Assembly: GCA_004022145.1 (NCBI GenBank)
Contig: RCNU01000015.1
Length of the DNA: 64,000 nt
Source: Paecilomyces variotii
Taxonomy: Eukaryota
Direction: 5' to 3' (one strand)
Part shown: positions 60,120-64,000 of the stretch, in pieces
Layout of the letters: every line of letters starts with the position of its first letter
Numbering within the stretch: the first letter of the stretch is position 1
The notes under the pieces: generated by a model
The model's input: only the letters and a program-made list of their open reading frames with translations
What the model was told of the DNA's origin: nothing
Database searches by the model: none
Position numbers and translations under genes: made by a program

Positions 60120-61568
60120 TCAATCACGACTCCGGTTAGGGACCCAACGCTTAAGAGCGAAGTCCCGAATCTTGTAGCGTCGAAGATGGTTTCCAATGTC
60201 ATCATGATGGCTTTGCGGCGGTGGAATGTCCACATAACAAAGCACCAGACTTTTTTTAACTTGAGCCTGGACGCGATTTACGCAATGTAGCCACCACCAG
60301 CTGCGGGCCTGCTTCCTGGAGATATAGTCTCTCCTTGATTCTGTTTCCGACCAATAGCGGTTTCCATAGGAAGGCAAGATGACCAGAGCGAATTCTGCAT
60401 GGGAGAAAACTGGGCCGCGGTTGTAGAGGAGGTAGTCAACCCCAAATTTCACACCGGAACGCACAACCCAGCCCAGGGAACGGTAATGATGGTACACCAC
60501 GTAGGAAAGCATGAATGGGTCGTCGGGTTCAAGGACAGTGGAAGGATCCCTAGGCGGGAAATACGAGTGACGGCGAAACAGCGTTAGAAGGGAACCCGCC
60601 GACATGACTGACTTCTGCTCGTCAAATACTTGAAGCACTCCCAGGCCATATACAAGGAAAAAAGTCTCCTCGTTTGAAAGCTGCAAATGCTCTTCATTTC
60701 TCAACAGCTCCTCCTCGTCTTCCTCGCGGATACCCATTTCTGGCTCGCGAAGACGAGTAGAGACTTGAGAATCCACAACGAACTCCTTTTGCTCGACGAC
60801 TGGAGAGAAACGGACAGTCTTCGCCCCGTTCTCTGTCTTTCCGCTAACATTCTCAGCCTTGTCGGCCGTGCCATCCTTCACTTCCTCTGCAGCAGGTTGG
60901 CTCGGATTAGCAGCCCTGGACTTCTTGGCCTGGTTGACAGAGAACTTCTCTGCAGCCGAAGTAGAACCATTGACACCGTCGAGAGAGAGCGGATGTGCTG
61001 CATCAGGCGAAGAAGCGATGCCTTGCCTGGCGGCCGCCTCCTGCTTTAGCCGTTCAGCTATAGCTTCCCTTTCTTTTCGCGCTCGCTCCAGTTTGAATTC
61101 ACGTCTTTCAACCCTCCTCTTACCCGTTGCCTCTTCACTGGTGTTGTCGCCCAGTAATCCCCTCCGCTTCTTTTCGCGCTCCAGCCAGCTGGGTTCACTT
61201 CTACTCAGACTACCTCTTCCAAAGAAGCCCATCTCCCACAATGCTCGTATTGCTTTCTCGTCAGTGACATGGACTGACGATGTGGCTGAGTCGAAGTACG
61301 CAGGATATACGGCATGATGAGGGGGAGATATAAGGTAGGTGAGATACGAGAGGACCACGCTTATAATAGAGAGGGGATTATGAGGAATAAGAGGCGGTAG
61401 AGGATGGACTTCTAGAGGGAGAGGAAAGCGGTGAATATGTCCGTAATTAGGCCGCTGCGGACGAGCCCGAGGTGGACGAGGTTTTTCATCCCGTCCCGGC
61501 TCAGCGTGGCCATCCGGCGCTGCTGGCAAGGACTCGGATATTGTTACTGTAGTATTTTGAGATGGCAT
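60120..61568 (-). CDS. SEN2: tRNA-splicing endonuclease subunit Sen2
   Basis: LWEMGFFGRGSLSRSEP, EHLQLSNEETFFL, and catalytic-triad region GVKFGVDYLLYNRGPVFSHAEF...KKSLVLCYV. Confidence 0.95.
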   Translation of the reverse strand: MPSQNTTVTISESLPAAPDGHAEPGRDEKPRPPRARPQRPNYGHIHRFPLPLEVHPLPPLIPHNPLSIISVVLSYLTYLISPPHHAVYPAYFDSATSSVHVTDEKAIRALWEMGFFGRGSLSRSEPSWLEREKKRRGLLGDNTSEEATGKRRVERREFKLERARKEREAIAERLKQEAAARQGIASSPDAAHPLSLDGVNGSTSAAEKFSVNQAKKSRAANPSQPAAEEVKDGTADKAENVSGKTENGAKTVRFSPVVEQKEFVVDSQVSTRLREPEMGIREEDEEELLRNEEHLQLSNEETFFLVYGLGVLQVFDEQKSVMSAGSLLTLFRRHSYFPPRDPSTVLEPDDPFMLSYVVYHHYRSLGWVVRSGVKFGVDYLLYNRGPVFSHAEFALVILPSYGNRYWSETESRRDYISRKQARSWWWLHCVNRVQAQVKKSLVLCYVDIPPPQSHHDDIGNHLRRYKIRDFALKRWVPNRSRD

Positions 61569-62276
61569 TGTCAACAGGCCATTATTGGTGTAGGCGATAG
61601 AACTGTTCTATTCTGTGGCTCGATTAGCCTAATATTCAAAGAAAATAATGGTTCCAAGACCGTCTTTGAACAAGAAGATACCATGTATTGTTCCTCAGAT
61701 ACCGTTGTAGTCTATTAAAAGCGCCATCATCGACAAACAGCTAGAAATCAAGGTGCCATTTGTCTAGACTTGCTTTAAAGGTGTCATCATAGGAGGGGGA
61801 GGGGTAGAGAGATTCACGCATTGCTATGGAAAGCCAGTTATAACTCACCGAAAAAGCTTTTCCCTGTACACCTCCGGCATCCGGACGTCATCAGTTCCAA
61901 GACAGATATCGCATACAGATGCAAAGACTGAATGCCACTATAGCCGGTCAGATCAACCACATTTACTCAGGAAGGACACATTTTTCCTTCGTGCGCAATG
62001 AAGCGAACAGTGCAGAGTAGGAAATTTCTGCGATGGTTCGCTTGCGAGCAGTTAGTTTTATGGGCGGAAGTGGGAAGGGCGCTAAAGAGCGCCTAAGCGC
62101 CGTACCGGGATGGTCCGAGCGCTACCGCCGCCGCACGCCGAAAATTTCCTGCGCATGATTTCGAGATCCCCGAGATAGCACGAGAGCAAAAGTCTTCACG
62201 GTCAACTTAACCAGTATCTCCATCAGAGGAACGTTAGTCCATTTTATCTCTCTAGCAGATTCAATAATTTTCCAAA

Positions 62277-62690
62277 ATGCATCTTATGGTACGCCGTCAA
62301 GCCCGATCCGTGCTCCATCTATTGTCTAACTCATGTCAGTACACTCTCGATGCCTCTGGCAAGCGCGTCTACACTCTCAAGAAGGTCCTCAACGGTGAGG
62401 TTACCAAGAGTGCTCACCCTGCGAGATTCTCTCCTGATGACAAGTACTCGAGGTAAGTTTTGGCAAACCGAGGGCGCATTTCGGCCTGAAGCCGCTTGCA
62501 CAGAGAGCTCCGCAAGCAAGATGAGAGACAACGTATCGGTTCTGACTGGTAAAATAGACACCGAGTGACTCTCAAGAAGAGATACGGTCTTCTTCTCACT
62601 CAACAGCCTGGTAGGTTTACTTCTACATATACCTTGTTCAAACACGATTCTAATACCTGAGATCTAGACAAGACTGCTGCCAAGCTCTGA
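62277..62690 (+). CDS. NOP10: H/ACA snoRNP subunit Nop10 (missed by ORF track; 4 exons)
   Basis: Spliced product [66 protein letters not shown]. Confidence 0.96.
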
Positions 62691-63097
62691 ACGGACAATA
62701 AAAGTGATAAACGGTTATAATGGCGAATGGTGTTTAATGTGGAGTTTGATTTGGTGAGAGAATATTTCTCTCTGCCTTGATCAGGATATAGTGGTTTGCC
62801 AGTATTTGCTTCGTGTATTCAACGGTTCAAAGCTACCTTCCACGAATACTGGATGCGGAATGCGGAAAGCATCAGTATAGTACTTCGAGGATGGCTTAAT
62901 GGAGAGATACATCTGAAATTTATGTACGAGTTTGCGTGTGGTGTCTATATCTGCGGATATGGTCTGCATGCTGGTGATATGTACATGGCATCATCATCAT
63001 CGGTATCCCTAGCGTAGTCCAGTTCTATTTTAGATCTCTTAAATACACTTTTTTCCTACCAGAACTCCGGTCATCCCTCATGCAGATGCAAATAGAA

Positions 63098-64000
63098 CTA
63101 GCGCTTTCTAGAATTCACGCTGCGTCCAGCTCCCACCTTGATCCGACCGCCAGTCCTATGGCGCTCGCCAGTGAGAATACCAGGCAGGTAATCCTCATCC
63201 ATGAGATCTCGCTCCTTCCTGAGCCGTCTCTGTTCTTCTGTTCTGGCCTTCACATACTCTTTCTGATCTTCCGCGAGAATAAGGCCGGTTCCCCATCCTC
63301 CCTGGCCACCACCGCCCTTCCACTTTCCGCTAGCGCTTCCATGCACCGGTTTCGGGATACTGTATTTGTCTCCTCGAGTGTTCCATTGCATGTTTTTCTT
63401 CAGATGCATCTTGAACTCTCCACTCGCATTCGTCGAGCACGAGACTCTGGTGAGAGTGTCCTTTCCACATCGGGGACAGAACTGCTTTGTCATGTCCTTC
63501 GTGGTAGCAAAGCATGCATGGCAGCGTTTGATGTATGTCTTGAGGTGTTGAATCCTTTGTAGAGTGGTCGTAGATAATAGGTTCAAGTTCATCTGAAGCA
63601 GTACGTTTTGACACTGTTGAAAGTCAACTAAATCGGTACAGATGTCTGGAATGTCTGATTTTTACATACCGCAAAGTCTGTGGTCATTGTTGCGACCTGC
63701 ATGACCTTAGGTTCAGTAGCTGTGATTGCTGCGCTGCCCTCATCGCGGGCCTGCTTCTTCTTGAGATTTGAGGGCGTAATCCACTCTCCACCATCGGACT
63801 CTTCGTCATCTTCTGCCTCTTCTGCCTCTTCTGCCGATTGAGGCTCGATGATCTGTTCTGGAGATGTCTGTTCTTCCGTAGCGGGGCTCCCATTTTCTTC
63901 ATTTTCTTCCAGGACGGGAGTCTCTGGGACGGGAGTCTCTGCACTCTGGAGAGTGGTATTCTCCAATTCCTTTGTGAGCTCCTCTACCTTAGTCTCCTCC
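63098..64000 (-). CDS. NOB1: 20S pre-rRNA D-site endonuclease Nob1 (3' part; runs off the window)
   Basis: GGEWITPSN and TTDFA|xQNVLLQMNL motifs; Zn ribbon RCHACF...FCPRCGKDTL. Confidence 0.95.

Noticed and set aside
1..64000. tRNA, rRNA, snRNA, telomerase RNA or TPP riboswitch
   Set aside because: No diagnostic motifs (T-loop GTTCRA in a cloverleaf, U1/U2/U5/U6 cores, TAACCCTAA template, TPP aptamer) were recognised by eye. A covariance-model search is needed to exclude them formally.

Overview
Gene-dense, intron-containing DNA from a filamentous ascomycete. Gene content, short introns with CTRAY branch points and RIP-like decay suggest Eurotiales (inference). About 22 protein genes can be supported. 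Most are conserved housekeeping genes: an MFS transporter, TRK K+ transporter, GH16 and GH64 glucanases, TRM61, cysteinyl-tRNA synthetase, transaldolase paralog, PQ-loop transporter, SGT1, ERG7, SPO11, UBC7, scramblase AIM25, LCL2, mitochondrial bL27, RAD9/Crb2, SEN2, NOP10 and a partial NOB1. The most unusual part is an accessory-looking island at about 15.87-22.9 kb. It begins with a pogo/Tc1-mariner-type terminus and decayed sequence. It carries a divergent, intronless pair of genes (acyl/aryl-CoA ligase and SidH-like crotonase) that both end in peroxisomal PTS1 signals, separated by a triplicated motif that looks like a coding relic. Other observations are non-canonical splice sites (a GG donor in an SDR; GC-AG plus three AAG acceptors in SPO11), a probable dual-start CysRS, a hairpin-dense intergenic segment at 26.25-26.6 kb, and a RIP-like relic at 7.3-8.7 kb. 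All calls come from manual motif recognition; no database searches were run.
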